DNA from: Desulfosalsimonas sp.
Lineage (GTDB): Bacteria; Desulfobacterota; Desulfobacteria; Desulfobacterales; Desulfosalsimonadaceae
Direction of reading: 5' to 3'
DNA: 64,000 nt
Assembly (NCBI RefSeq): GCF_046483245.1
Contig: NZ_JAWODO010000041.1
Location: 3,836-67,835 of the forward strand
In this document: positions 1 to 9,392 of the stretch, piece after piece
How the letters are laid out: each line of letters opens with the position of its first letter
Position numbering within the stretch: the stretch's first letter is position 1
The notes under the pieces: generated by a model
Told to the model about the DNA's origin: nothing
The model's input: the letters and a program-made list of their open reading frames with translations, nothing else
Database searches by the model: none
Position numbers and translations under genes: made by a program

Positions 1-112
1 GAAAAAACGGGTTTAATGACGGGATTTATATGTGATTGATTCTTTCCTTGCTCTGATTCGGAAAAGATCCGATTCCGACAAATCAGGGCTTTATCAGCCA
101 AAAGGAGGACAA

Positions 113-559
113 ATGAACCATTACGAAAACATTGTGATCATTGACGCCGATGTCGGGCAAGACGACAAGAAGGCGTTGATGGAGCGCCTGGAAGAGCAGA
201 TGAACCGGCGAAACGGCGTTTTGATCGAACTCGATGACTGGGGTACTCGCAAGCTGGCCTATGAAATCGGGAAAAAACGGCAGGGCCAGTATGTGCGCAT
301 TGATTTCTGCGGCAACGGCGAGGTTGTCAGCGCCATGGAGCGCACGCTGGTACACGACCAGCGGGTGCTGCGTTTTATGACCATCCGGCTGGAAGAAAAC
401 GTGGATGCAGAAAGCCTGAAAGCGGCCAAAGAACCGCAGCAGGCCGCTGCTGAAAGCCCGGCCGAAACCGATACGTCCGAAGCCGAAGCCACCCAAACCC
501 CCCAGGCGGCGGCCGCACCTGAAGCGCAGGCCGAGCCGGCAGCAGAAGAAAAGGAGTAG
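113..559 (+). CDS. rpsF: 30S ribosomal protein S6 with a roughly 50-aa Ala/Glu/Pro-rich C-terminal tail
   Basis: Lies in ORF 32..559. The internal ATG at 113 is preceded by AAAGGAGGA. '[11 protein letters not shown]...[12 protein letters not shown]' is S6-like, and rpsR starts 6 bp downstream. Confidence 0.92.
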   Translation: MNHYENIVIIDADVGQDDKKALMERLEEQMNRRNGVLIELDDWGTRKLAYEIGKKRQGQYVRIDFCGNGEVVSAMERTLVHDQRVLRFMTIRLEENVDAESLKAAKEPQQAAAESPAETDTSEAEATQTPQAAAAPEAQAEPAAEEKE

Positions 560-564
560 ATCCA

Positions 565-810
565 ATGGCTGTAATGAACAAAAGACGTTTTTTCCATCGC
601 CGCAAAGTCTGCCGCTTCTGTGCCGACAGCAAGCTGGCAATCGATTATAAAGATCCGGGCATGCTCAAATATTTTATCACCGAGCGGGGCAAAATCATCC
701 CCCGCCGGATTTCCGGAACATGCGCCAAGCATCAACGGCATTTGGCCACTGCCATCAAGCGGGCCCGTAAAATCGCCCTGCTTCCTTACGTGGGCACATC
801 GGACCTGTAA
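565..810 (+). CDS. rpsR: 30S ribosomal protein S18
   Basis: 81-aa ORF. '[15 protein letters not shown]...[25 protein letters not shown]' is the S18 signature region. Confidence 0.95.
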   Translation: MAVMNKRRFFHRRKVCRFCADSKLAIDYKDPGMLKYFITERGKIIPRRISGTCAKHQRHLATAIKRARKIALLPYVGTSDL

Positions 811-874
811 CCGGCACTCCGCAGCCGCCCATATTCGCAAAAATCACGGAAGGGGCCAAACAGCCCCCGGATCC

Positions 875-1834
875 ATGATGACGACATATAATCCACGCGA
901 TATTCTGGCGGGCACCGGCATTCTGGCCTTGTTCGGGGCTGTGGCGCTGTATTTTCCCATCCTGGGATTTGCCTGTTTTCTGCTTTTGCCCCTGCCCATG
1001 CTTTTGTACCGGCTCAAGCTGGGCCGCAAAAGTGCCGGGATCATGGCAATACTTGCCGTGGTTGTCATTCAGGTGTCCGGGCCCGGTCATGTGGTGGACC
1101 TGTGGCTGATTTTGTGCATGATCGGCCTGGGATTTGCCATGGCCGAGGCCCTGTTGCAGAATTTAAGCGTTGAAAAAACCATCGGCTACCCAGGCGCCCT
1201 GATATGGACCGCAGGGCTGGCTGCGCTGCTGTTTATCGGCAGTTTTTCTGCATCCGGACCCCTGGAAATGATTTCGGAATATGTCCGCAGGAACCTGGAG
1301 CTGACAGCCGCGACATACGAGACAATGGAGATGCCCGAATCCAGCATTCGGGTGCTCACCGAGTCCATGGACCGGATTCATTATGTGATCATGGGCATTC
1401 TGCCGGCCTTGACAGCCTCGGGCCTGATTTTTGCCGGCTGGGCAAATCTGCTGATCGCCAGGGCCGCACTCAGGGCCAGACAATTGCCCGAACCGGCCTT
1501 TGGCCGGCTCAATCTGTGGAAAGCCCCGGATGCACTGGTTTGGGCGGTGATTGCATCGGCACTGCTGCTCTGGGTGGCAAGCGGCCCCCTGGCCTTTATG
1601 GGTGCCAATGCATTGATTCTACTGATGCTCATTTACCTGTTTCAGGGCATTGCCGTGATCTCATGGTATTTTGAGCAAAAACAGATGCCCCTGTTTCTGC
1701 GGGTGCTGATATACGTGTTAATCGCCATCCAGCAGGCACTGGCCCTGGTGGTGATCGGCCTGGGATTTTTCGACACGTGGGCTGATTTTCGAAAAATAAA
1801 CGCAGCTCCCGGTGATCATCCGGATCCGTCATAA
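875..1834 (+). CDS. Polytopic membrane protein, DUF2232/YybS-like
   Basis: Lies in ORF 620..1834. The in-frame ATG at 875 avoids overlap with rpsR. The protein is strongly hydrophobic and multi-TM, and it sits between rpsR and rplI as yybS does in Firmicutes. Confidence 0.6.
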   Translation: MMTTYNPRDILAGTGILALFGAVALYFPILGFACFLLLPLPMLLYRLKLGRKSAGIMAILAVVVIQVSGPGHVVDLWLILCMIGLGFAMAEALLQNLSVEKTIGYPGALIWTAGLAALLFIGSFSASGPLEMISEYVRRNLELTAATYETMEMPESSIRVLTESMDRIHYVIMGILPALTASGLIFAGWANLLIARAALRARQLPEPAFGRLNLWKAPDALVWAVIASALLLWVASGPLAFMGANALILLMLIYLFQGIAVISWYFEQKQMPLFLRVLIYVLIAIQQALALVVIGLGFFDTWADFRKINAAPGDHPDPS

Positions 1835-1894
1835 ATAAACGGATCCCACGAGCTAAAAAATATGCAACTTACGTGCACCATCGGAGGACAAAAG

Positions 1895-2341
1895 ATGAAA
1901 GTCATATTAAAAGAAACCATCGAATCTCTGGGCATTATCGGCTCAGAGGCGGATGTGAAGGCCGGTTATGCCCGCAACTATCTGATTCCCCAGGGCAAGG
2001 CCGTGCAGGCCACCAAAGAAAACCGCAAAAAAATGGAGCAGGAGCGGGCCAAGATCGAGCTTCAGCTTGCCAAGGAAGGCAAGCTTGCTGAGGAAATGGC
2101 CGCCCGGCTCGAAGGCATCACCGTGCAGATTCCGGCCAAGGTGGCGGATGAAGACCGCCTTTACGGATCGGTTGCCGTGCGCGACATTGCAGAAGCCCTG
2201 GAGCAAAAGGGAATTGAGGTGGAAAAACGCGCCATCCTCCTGGCCGACCCCATCAAGACCCTGGGCACCTACCAGGTCCCGGTGCGCGTCTACCGGGATG
2301 TTGAACCGGAAATCACCGTGGAAGTCGTGCCCGAATCCTGA
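1895..2341 (+). CDS. rplI: 50S ribosomal protein L9
   Basis: Internal ATG of ORF 1862..2341. 'MKVILKETIESLG...GYARNYLIPQGKAV' is the L9 N-terminal signature. Confidence 0.93.
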   Translation: MKVILKETIESLGIIGSEADVKAGYARNYLIPQGKAVQATKENRKKMEQERAKIELQLAKEGKLAEEMAARLEGITVQIPAKVADEDRLYGSVAVRDIAEALEQKGIEVEKRAILLADPIKTLGTYQVPVRVYRDVEPEITVEVVPES

Positions 2342-2407
2342 GAATCGGGTCGTTTCATACGTGTTTGAAGCGGATCTGCCCTGCCGGGGCGGATCCGCCT
2401 TAAAAAA

Positions 2408-2441
2408 ACAAACCGCAGCGCTTTTCAGCGGTTTGTTTTTT
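2408..2441 (+). terminator. Rho-independent terminator after rplI
   Basis: Stem ACAAACCGC (2408-2416) pairs with GCGGTTTGT (2428-2436) and is followed by a T-run. A second hairpin, GCGGATC...GATCCGC, lies just upstream. Confidence 0.6.
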
Positions 2442-2497
2442 GATTCACACCTGCCGGGGCCGGCTTGATGTCCCGGCTGTATATCCCGGGCCGTGCC

Positions 2498-3868
2498 ATG
2501 AGCAGCAAAGATCCGTCGCTTCAAAAGCTTCCGCCCCAGAGCCTCGAGGCCGAGGAATCCATTATCAGCGCTGCCCTGCTGGATAACAATATCCTGCTCG
2601 ACATCCTTGATATCCTCACGCCCGAAGCCTTTTACAAAAGCGCGCACCAAAAAATTTTCTCCGCCATCACCGAACTGTTTGCCGAAGACCAGCCCGTGGA
2701 CCTGGTTACCCTGGCTGAACATCTAAGGCGCTCCAACCAACTCGAATCCATCGGCGGAGCAGCCTACCTGGCCAAAATCGTGGACACCGCGCCTGTGCCG
2801 GCCAATGCCAAGCACTACGCCCAGATTATCCAGGACCGCGCAGTACTGCGTCATTTGATCCGCACGGCAAGTGATATCGTGGAAAAGTGCTACAGCGAGT
2901 CGGGCAGCACCGACGATGTCATTGATTACGCCGAAGGGGCCCTGTTTGATATTGCGGATAAAAAGCAGAAGCAAAACTTTTATCCCATCAGCAAAATCAT
3001 TGAATCCAACATTGATGCCCTGGAAGCCCGACAGGGCAACAAGTCGCTGATCAGCGGGGTGCCCACGGGATTTCAAAAACTCGACCAGATGACATCGGGT
3101 TTCCAGGCCTCGGACCTGATCATCATGGCCGCCCGCCCGGGTATGGGCAAAACCGCCCTGGCCCTGAACATGGCCCGGTATGCGGCCGTGGAGGCCGATA
3201 CTCCGGTTGCCATGTTCTCTTTGGAAATGTCAAAGGAACAGCTTTCCATGCGGCTTTTGTGCGCCGAGGCCCGCATTGACTCCTCCCGGGTGCGGGACGG
3301 GTTTTTCAATGATGACGACTGGTACAGCCTGACCAACGCCGCAGGCGTGCTATCTTCTGCGCCCATCTATATCGATGATTCGCCGGACCTGACCTCCCTT
3401 GACATCAAGACCAAGACCCGCCGTCTGAAACGGGAAAAGGGTGTGGGCATGATCATCATCGATTACCTGCAGCTCATGCGGCCGCGGAAAAACTTCGAAC
3501 GCCGGGAACTGGAAATTTCGGAAATGTCGAGAACTCTCAAAGGTCTGGCCAAGGAATTAAACATTCCCATTCTTGCCCTGTCCCAGCTCAACCGCCGCCT
3601 GGAGGATCGCAGCGACAAGCGTCCCCAGCTTTCCGATCTTCGCGAGTCCGGGGCCCTTGAACAAGACGCGGATCTGGTTATATTTATATACAGGGATGAC
3701 GTCTATAACCCGGACGAAAACAATCCCAACAAAAACATTGCCGAAATTCACCTGGCCAAGCAGAGAAACGGGGCCACTGGAATGTGCCCGCTGGTGTTCA
3801 AGGGCGAATACACCCGGTTTGAAAATCTGGCCTACGGGCAATACGCACCAGAATTGGAAGGGACGTAA
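2498..3868 (+). CDS. dnaB: Replicative DNA helicase DnaB
   Basis: 'LPPQSLEAEESIISAALLD' N-terminal motif, Walker A 'ARPGMGKTALAL', 'IIIDYLQLM' and 'SQLNRRLEDR'. The start is taken at the ATG of 'MSSKDPS'. Confidence 0.95.
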   Translation: MSSKDPSLQKLPPQSLEAEESIISAALLDNNILLDILDILTPEAFYKSAHQKIFSAITELFAEDQPVDLVTLAEHLRRSNQLESIGGAAYLAKIVDTAPVPANAKHYAQIIQDRAVLRHLIRTASDIVEKCYSESGSTDDVIDYAEGALFDIADKKQKQNFYPISKIIESNIDALEARQGNKSLISGVPTGFQKLDQMTSGFQASDLIIMAARPGMGKTALALNMARYAAVEADTPVAMFSLEMSKEQLSMRLLCAEARIDSSRVRDGFFNDDDWYSLTNAAGVLSSAPIYIDDSPDLTSLDIKTKTRRLKREKGVGMIIIDYLQLMRPRKNFERRELEISEMSRTLKGLAKELNIPILALSQLNRRLEDRSDKRPQLSDLRESGALEQDADLVIFIYRDDVYNPDENNPNKNIAEIHLAKQRNGATGMCPLVFKGEYTRFENLAYGQYAPELEGT

Positions 3869-3916
3869 GCCGGCAATGCAAGCTTTAAATAAAAGGGAGC
3901 GGCAACTGTTAAGCGA

Positions 3917-5626
3917 ATGAAAAACATTTCAGGCAATACCGGCGGACTCAAGGCCGGCGCAGTCCGGCGGATTGAAAATTTGTACCACCACCGAATTCCG
4001 CCGGAATCTGTCATTTCTCCCGACCTGGCCGGGGAAATCTGCAACATCAGCGCTGAAACCCGCCGCCAGATCGGACTTCTGGTGGAGCGTTCCGGAAAGA
4101 TCGCCCGGGTGATCGTGGGCGACAACCAGAAAATCCTGCTGCCCGACACCAGCGAATACCGAACCCCCCCGGGCCGGCTCAAGGGGCTGCGCTGCATCCA
4201 CACCCACTTAAACGATGAGACACTGACCCGCGACGACCTCACGGACCTGACACTTCTGCGCCTGGACATGATGACGGCAATCACCGCAACGCGTGAGGGA
4301 AAGCCGGAGCGGATGCATATCGCCCATATTCTTCCGTCTTCTGCAGCCAGCCAGCCCCACCAGATCCTGGATCCGGTCGATCCCATGGATCCACAGGTGG
4401 ACTGTGCGGGCCTGATCCGCGCAATCGAGGACGAACTGTCCCAGCACCAAGCTACCCGAGAGGTCACGGAAGGAAAGGAACGGGCGGTTCTGGTCAGTGT
4501 CACCACCGCCTCCCGGGCCCGGGCACAGGCGTCTTTGACAGAACTGCGCGAGCTTGCCCGCTCCAGCGGAATCGAGGTGTTAGACACCATTGTCCAGCAC
4601 CGCAAAAAGATCAATCCCAGGTTTCTGATGGGAACCGGAAAGCTAGAGGAGCTGACCATCCATGCCATGCAGACCGGGGCCACCTTGATTGTTTTCGACC
4701 AGGAGTTAAATCCGTCCCAGATGCGATCGATCACCGACCAGGTCGAATTCCGGGTCCTGGACCGCACACAGCTCATCCTGGACATTTTCGCCCAGCGGGC
4801 CCAGTCCAGGGAAGGAAAGATCCAGGTGGAACTGGCCCAGCTCAAATACCTGCTGCCGAGACTGGTATTTAAAAACACGGCCATGAGCCGGCTGACCGGC
4901 GGCATCGGCGGCCGGGGCCCGGGTGAAACCAAGCTGGAAATCAACCGCCGCCGGGTCCGGGACCGGATCACTCGCCTGGAAAAGGCTTTGGGAAACGTCA
5001 AAAAACAGCGCAAGCAGCAAAAAGCCCGGCGTTCCAAGCGGGGCCTGCCGGTGATTTCCATTATCGGTTATACCAACGCTGGCAAATCCACCCTGCTAAA
5101 CACCCTGACCCACAGCCAGGTGCTGGCTGAAAGCCGGCTTTTTGCCACCCTGGATCCGTCGAGCCGGCGGCTGAAATTTCCCAAAGACACCGAGGTGATC
5201 ATTACGGATACAGTGGGCTTTATCCAGGATTTGCCAAAAGAGTTACGCGTGGCCTTCCGGGCTACACTGGAGGAACTGGAAAACGCGGATCTGCTGCTGC
5301 ATGTCATTGATGCGGCCAATGCCGACTGCCTCCGGCAAATGCAATCCGTGCACGGCATTCTCCGAGACCTGGGGCTGGACCGGATCCCGGTACTCAATGT
5401 CTTAAACAAGCAGGACCGGGTGGATGCCGGCACCATGGAAGTGCTTGCAGCCAAAACCAACGGCATCGCCATTACCGCAACAAAGGCCCAAACCCTGCAT
5501 CCGCTTATTGAAAAAATGGAGCAGGTCATTGCCGGAGAGGCGACAGGACCGAATTTTTTGTGGCCGTCGGATGATGCGGCCATGGAAATAAATCCCCTGT
5601 TGACGGATACCGGCCGGGTGCTTTAA
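3917..5626 (+). CDS. hflX: GTPase HflX
   Basis: G1 'GYTNAGKSTLLN', G3 'DTVGF' and G4 'NKQD', plus the HflX N-terminal and coiled-coil region ('QVELAQLKYLLPRL'). Confidence 0.9.
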   Translation: MKNISGNTGGLKAGAVRRIENLYHHRIPPESVISPDLAGEICNISAETRRQIGLLVERSGKIARVIVGDNQKILLPDTSEYRTPPGRLKGLRCIHTHLNDETLTRDDLTDLTLLRLDMMTAITATREGKPERMHIAHILPSSAASQPHQILDPVDPMDPQVDCAGLIRAIEDELSQHQATREVTEGKERAVLVSVTTASRARAQASLTELRELARSSGIEVLDTIVQHRKKINPRFLMGTGKLEELTIHAMQTGATLIVFDQELNPSQMRSITDQVEFRVLDRTQLILDIFAQRAQSREGKIQVELAQLKYLLPRLVFKNTAMSRLTGGIGGRGPGETKLEINRRRVRDRITRLEKALGNVKKQRKQQKARRSKRGLPVISIIGYTNAGKSTLLNTLTHSQVLAESRLFATLDPSSRRLKFPKDTEVIITDTVGFIQDLPKELRVAFRATLEELENADLLLHVIDAANADCLRQMQSVHGILRDLGLDRIPVLNVLNKQDRVDAGTMEVLAAKTNGIAITATKAQTLHPLIEKMEQVIAGEATGPNFLWPSDDAAMEINPLLTDTGRVL

Positions 5627-5638
5627 TATAGATTACTT

Positions 5639-6415
5639 ATGGATTTGAACCTGATCAAAAATACGGCAGTGGGGGCGGCCTACAAAAGCGGCGAAATCCT
5701 CCGCAGCCACTTGGGCAATTTCGGAGAGGTCAGCAAGAAAGGTCCCAAGGATCTGGTCACGGCCGCAGACATTGCATCTGAAAAACAGATCATAGAAACC
5801 ATCCAAAGCCGTTTTGCTGATCACAAAATCCTGGCCGAGGAAAGCAATGCCGAAGATACCGACACTGACGGCTGCACCTGGATCATTGATCCTTTGGACG
5901 GCACCACCAATTTTGCCCACCAGGTGCCGGTTTTCTCTGTTTCCATTGCATTTGCCGAAAACGGGCAGCTCAGGGTCGGGGTGGTGCTAAACCCCATAAC
6001 CGGGGAGTTGTTTACGGCCGTGCAGGGACAGGGCGCGCAGTTAAACGGCCGGTCCATAAGCGTTTCAGACTGCCGGCAGATTTCTGAGAGCCTTTTGGTG
6101 ACGGGTTTTCCCTATGACATCAAGGAAAATCCCGAACCGTACATGGATAAATTTGCCAGATGCCTTTCCGCCGCCATTGGCGTGCGACGGCTTGGCTCTG
6201 CGGCCCTGGATCTGTGCTTTGTGGCCTGCGGAAGGTTTGAGGGCTTTTGGGAGCAGGGATTAAAGCCCTGGGACACGGCCGCGGGAACCCTGATCGCCCG
6301 GGAAGCCGGTGCACGGGTCACGGACTTTTCCGGCAGCAACTATGATATTTACAATAAGGCACTTCTGGCCACAAACGGCCATATTCACGAAGATTTGCGT
6401 TCATTGTTAACGTAA
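5639..6415 (+). CDS. suhB: Inositol monophosphatase family protein (SuhB-like)
   Basis: IMPase motifs 'EESN', 'WIIDPLDGTTNF' and 'WDTAAG'. Confidence 0.85.
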   Translation: MDLNLIKNTAVGAAYKSGEILRSHLGNFGEVSKKGPKDLVTAADIASEKQIIETIQSRFADHKILAEESNAEDTDTDGCTWIIDPLDGTTNFAHQVPVFSVSIAFAENGQLRVGVVLNPITGELFTAVQGQGAQLNGRSISVSDCRQISESLLVTGFPYDIKENPEPYMDKFARCLSAAIGVRRLGSAALDLCFVACGRFEGFWEQGLKPWDTAAGTLIAREAGARVTDFSGSNYDIYNKALLATNGHIHEDLRSLLT

Positions 6416-6436
6416 ACCAGATAAAGAAGAGATACC

Positions 6437-6631
6437 ATGAAGGAGTTTTACTTGAGCGACGAATACGAAGACACAGTGGAATGCTACGGCAGGTTTGACA
6501 TCCAGGCCCGCATTTGCCGCAAATACTGCGCCCTGCGCCTGCGCTGCGCGGTGGAGCAGTCCCAGCAGATGCGCATTGAACAACTCGAGGATCTGATGAA
6601 TTCCTACGAGGCCACCACCAACATCCAGTAA
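6437..6631 (+). CDS. Small Cys-rich hypothetical protein (64 aa)
   Basis: Intact ORF in the short gap between suhB and the convergent glcD-like gene. It has four Cys (C-x15-C-x3-C-x5-C). No family was recognised. Confidence 0.35.
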   Translation: MKEFYLSDEYEDTVECYGRFDIQARICRKYCALRLRCAVEQSQQMRIEQLEDLMNSYEATTNIQ

Positions 6632-6634
6632 CGC

Positions 6635-7933
6635 TTAAAGCCGCATCTTGCCGGGGTTTAAAATCCCGGCAGGATCAAATGCGGCCTTGATCCGCTGCAT
6701 CAGGCCAAGAGCGGCATCTGAAATTTCCTTTTGCATATAGGGCGCTTTGGCCAGACCCACACCGTGCTCCCCCGAGATGGTTCCGCCCAGGGCCAGGGTG
6801 AAATCAAAGATCTCATCCACGGCCTGTCGGGCGGCCAGCAACTGGGCCGGCTCGTTTTTGTCCAGCATGATGTTGAAATGAATGTTTCCGTCACCGGCAT
6901 GGCCGAAGCTGACCATGGTCAGCCCGGTTTTTTGGCCCAGTTCGCGGATTTTCTCCACCATTTCCGGCAGCCGGCTTCTGGGCACCACGATGTCTTCATT
7001 GATCTTGTGGGGCCCGTAGGTGTAAAGGGCCGGGGAAATGGCCTTGCGGGCCCGCCACAGCCCGGCGGCGGCATCCGGGTCCCGGGCGACACGGACATCA
7101 AGGCCTCCGTGGTCGGCCAGCACCTTTTCAATCTTTTCCAACGCTTCTGCGGTTTGTCCGGGGCTGCCGTCGGCTTCAATGAGCAGCATGGCCTCGCGGT
7201 TTTCGGGGACCCCGCCTTCCAGATAATTTTTCACGCAGGAAATGGCGTTTTTGTCCATGTACTCCAGGGCTCTGGGTACAATGCCGCTTTGCAGTATCGC
7301 GGCCACGGCCCGGGCGGCATCGGTCATTTTCACAAACCAGGCGGACAGGGTTTCAACGGTTTGGGGCTGCGCCCGCAGGCGCAGGGTCATCTCCGTGATC
7401 ACCCCCAGGGTCCCTTCTGATCCCACGATCAGGCGGGTCAGGTCATAGCCCACCACGCCCTTGACGGTCTGCACCCCTGTTTTGATGATCTCGCCGGTGG
7501 GCAGCACCACCTCCAGGCCCAGCACGTAATCGCGGGTCACACCGTATTTCACCGCCCTTGGACCGCCGGCGCATTCCGCCAGATTGCCGCCCAGGGTGGA
7601 AAAGTCCGCACTTGAGGGATCCGGTGGATAAAACAGGCCTTGGCCGGCCACAGCCCGCTGAAACTCTCCGGTGACCACCCCGGGCTGGACAACACCGATG
7701 AAATTGTCGGCATCAATGCGGACAATCCGGTTAAAACGGGTCATGACCAGCACCAAGCCCTGTCTGGCGGCAAGGGCCCCACCGCTCATGCCCGATCCCG
7801 CCCCCCGGGGAGTGACGGCAAAGCCGTGGGCTGTGGCCAGTTTCAGGATTTCGGCCACCTGGCCGGAATTTTGCGGAAATGCCACGGCCTCGGGCACGTG
7901 CTCATTGCGGGTGGCATCATAGGCATAGCTCAC
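6635..7933 (-). CDS. glcD: FAD-linked oxidase, GlcD / D-lactate dehydrogenase family (the N-terminus probably lies upstream of the listed GTG)
   Basis: 'VTPRGAGSGMSGGAL' FAD-binding motif and C-terminal 'GGTISGEHGVGLAK...DPAGILNPGK'. The conserved-looking N-terminal sequence continues in frame above 7933 (see findings). Confidence 0.85.
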   Translation of the reverse strand: MSYAYDATRNEHVPEAVAFPQNSGQVAEILKLATAHGFAVTPRGAGSGMSGGALAARQGLVLVMTRFNRIVRIDADNFIGVVQPGVVTGEFQRAVAGQGLFYPPDPSSADFSTLGGNLAECAGGPRAVKYGVTRDYVLGLEVVLPTGEIIKTGVQTVKGVVGYDLTRLIVGSEGTLGVITEMTLRLRAQPQTVETLSAWFVKMTDAARAVAAILQSGIVPRALEYMDKNAISCVKNYLEGGVPENREAMLLIEADGSPGQTAEALEKIEKVLADHGGLDVRVARDPDAAAGLWRARKAISPALYTYGPHKINEDIVVPRSRLPEMVEKIRELGQKTGLTMVSFGHAGDGNIHFNIMLDKNEPAQLLAARQAVDEIFDFTLALGGTISGEHGVGLAKAPYMQKEISDAALGLMQRIKAAFDPAGILNPGKMRL

Positions 7934-8012
7934 CCGGTCTTCTTTTTGCCGGGAATAGTTATCCGGCCCCAGGATCTGACCGAGCTGGTCATGGACTTTG
8001 GGAGAAATGGGT

Positions 8013-9392
8013 TTAATCGCTTCCGGACTCCAGTTTTTTCTCGATGATCTGCACCTGTCGGAACAGCTCGCCCTTGAGCTTGAGTGCCTTTTCCACCGAG
8101 TTGATGGAATGGATCACCGTGGCATGTTTCCGGTTAAACTTTCTGCCAATGGACTGCAAAGGCTGGCTTGTATGTCTGCGGGCCAGGAAAATGGCCACCT
8201 GCCGGGTCCGCACCACGGATTTTTTCCTGGACCTGGAAATCATGTCCTTTAGCGGAACCCCGAATTCCCGGCTCACAAGCCGGGAAATGGAATCAATGGT
8301 AATGGTTTTTTTCCGGGTGACAATATTTTTGACCACCTGCTCGGCCAAATCAAGATCGATTTGATCGCCCATCAGGCAGCTGCGGGAGGCCACGCCGATC
8401 AATCCGTTTTCCAGCTGCCGCACATTGTCCACCAGTTCGCCGGCCATGTATTCAGCCACCTGCCCGGGCAATTCAATACCCCGACAGCGCGCCTTTGCCC
8501 GCAGAATCCGGAGCCGGGTTTTGAAATCCGGAGCATCGATTGCCGTCATCATGCTCTGGCCCAGCCGGGATATGAGATGATCGCTCATTCTGGGAATCTC
8601 TGATGGGCTTGCGCAGCTGGAAAATATGAGCTTCTTGCCGGACTCATACAGGTGATCCAGCACCAGGGCCAGTTCGGTCTGCGTGCGGGTGCGGCCCGAA
8701 AGGATGTGGATTTCCTCGAGCAGCAGCACGTCACAGCCGTCCCGGTACCGCTTCTTGAAGGTGTCCAATGAATTGCTCTTAATGGCGTTCACCATTTCAT
8801 TGGTAAAATCCTCGGCACTCATGTAATAGACGCGCTCGCCCGGGGAAACCGACAAAATCTTGTGCCCCACGGCCTGGGACAAATGACTTTTGCCCATGCC
8901 GGTGCCGGACAGAAGAAACACGGCATTGACGTTTGCGCTTTTGCCGGATGCCAGCTCCATGGTGGCCTGGTAGGCCAGGTTGCAATTGTGGCCCACCACG
9001 AAATGATCAAAGGTATAATCTTTTCGCAGTATCCGCCCGTTCATGGGCTGGGCGGCAATACCGGGCAGGGCCAGCTGCCGGCCCCGGGTTCTTTGCCCGG
9101 CGGCGGGATTGCCGTTTTGCGCCCGGTCATTGTTGTGACCCTGTTTCTGGTTTGCGCTGTTTACCTGCAGGGAGAATGTCAGCGGCCGGCCGTTTTTGCG
9201 GTTGAGCTCATGGTTGATCAGATCCGTGTAATTGGCCATGATTCTTTTTTTGATGAAAAAATTGGGGCATGCCAGAATCATGGTGTCGCTTTGCGCCTCG
9301 ACAAACTCAATGGGCTCAATCCAGAGGCGATACAGGCTCGGGGAAATCTGGTCCTTGATAGCGGTTTTAACATCGTTCCACACGGTCTTCAT
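8013..9392 (-). CDS. dnaA: Chromosomal replication initiator DnaA
   Basis: 'MKTVWNDVKTAIKDQISPSLYRLWIEPI' N-terminus, Walker A 'GTGMGKSHL', 'DVLLLEEIH', and C-terminal DNA-binding 'RSRKKSVVRTRQVAIFLARRHT...IGRKFNRKHATVIHS'. Confidence 0.95.
   Translation of the reverse strand: MKTVWNDVKTAIKDQISPSLYRLWIEPIEFVEAQSDTMILACPNFFIKKRIMANYTDLINHELNRKNGRPLTFSLQVNSANQKQGHNNDRAQNGNPAAGQRTRGRQLALPGIAAQPMNGRILRKDYTFDHFVVGHNCNLAYQATMELASGKSANVNAVFLLSGTGMGKSHLSQAVGHKILSVSPGERVYYMSAEDFTNEMVNAIKSNSLDTFKKRYRDGCDVLLLEEIHILSGRTRTQTELALVLDHLYESGKKLIFSSCASPSEIPRMSDHLISRLGQSMMTAIDAPDFKTRLRILRAKARCRGIELPGQVAEYMAGELVDNVRQLENGLIGVASRSCLMGDQIDLDLAEQVVKNIVTRKKTITIDSISRLVSREFGVPLKDMISRSRKKSVVRTRQVAIFLARRHTSQPLQSIGRKFNRKHATVIHSINSVEKALKLKGELFRQVQIIEKKLESGSD

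Noticed and set aside
83-840. Several 85-193-aa minus-strand ORFs over rpsF/rpsR
   Set aside because: They are antisense shadows of the ribosomal protein genes.
3832-5061. 409-aa minus-strand ORF
   Set aside because: It is entirely antisense to hflX, which has clear GTPase motifs. The translation is Ser/Arg/Trp-rich low-complexity sequence, typical of the reverse frame of a GC-rich gene.
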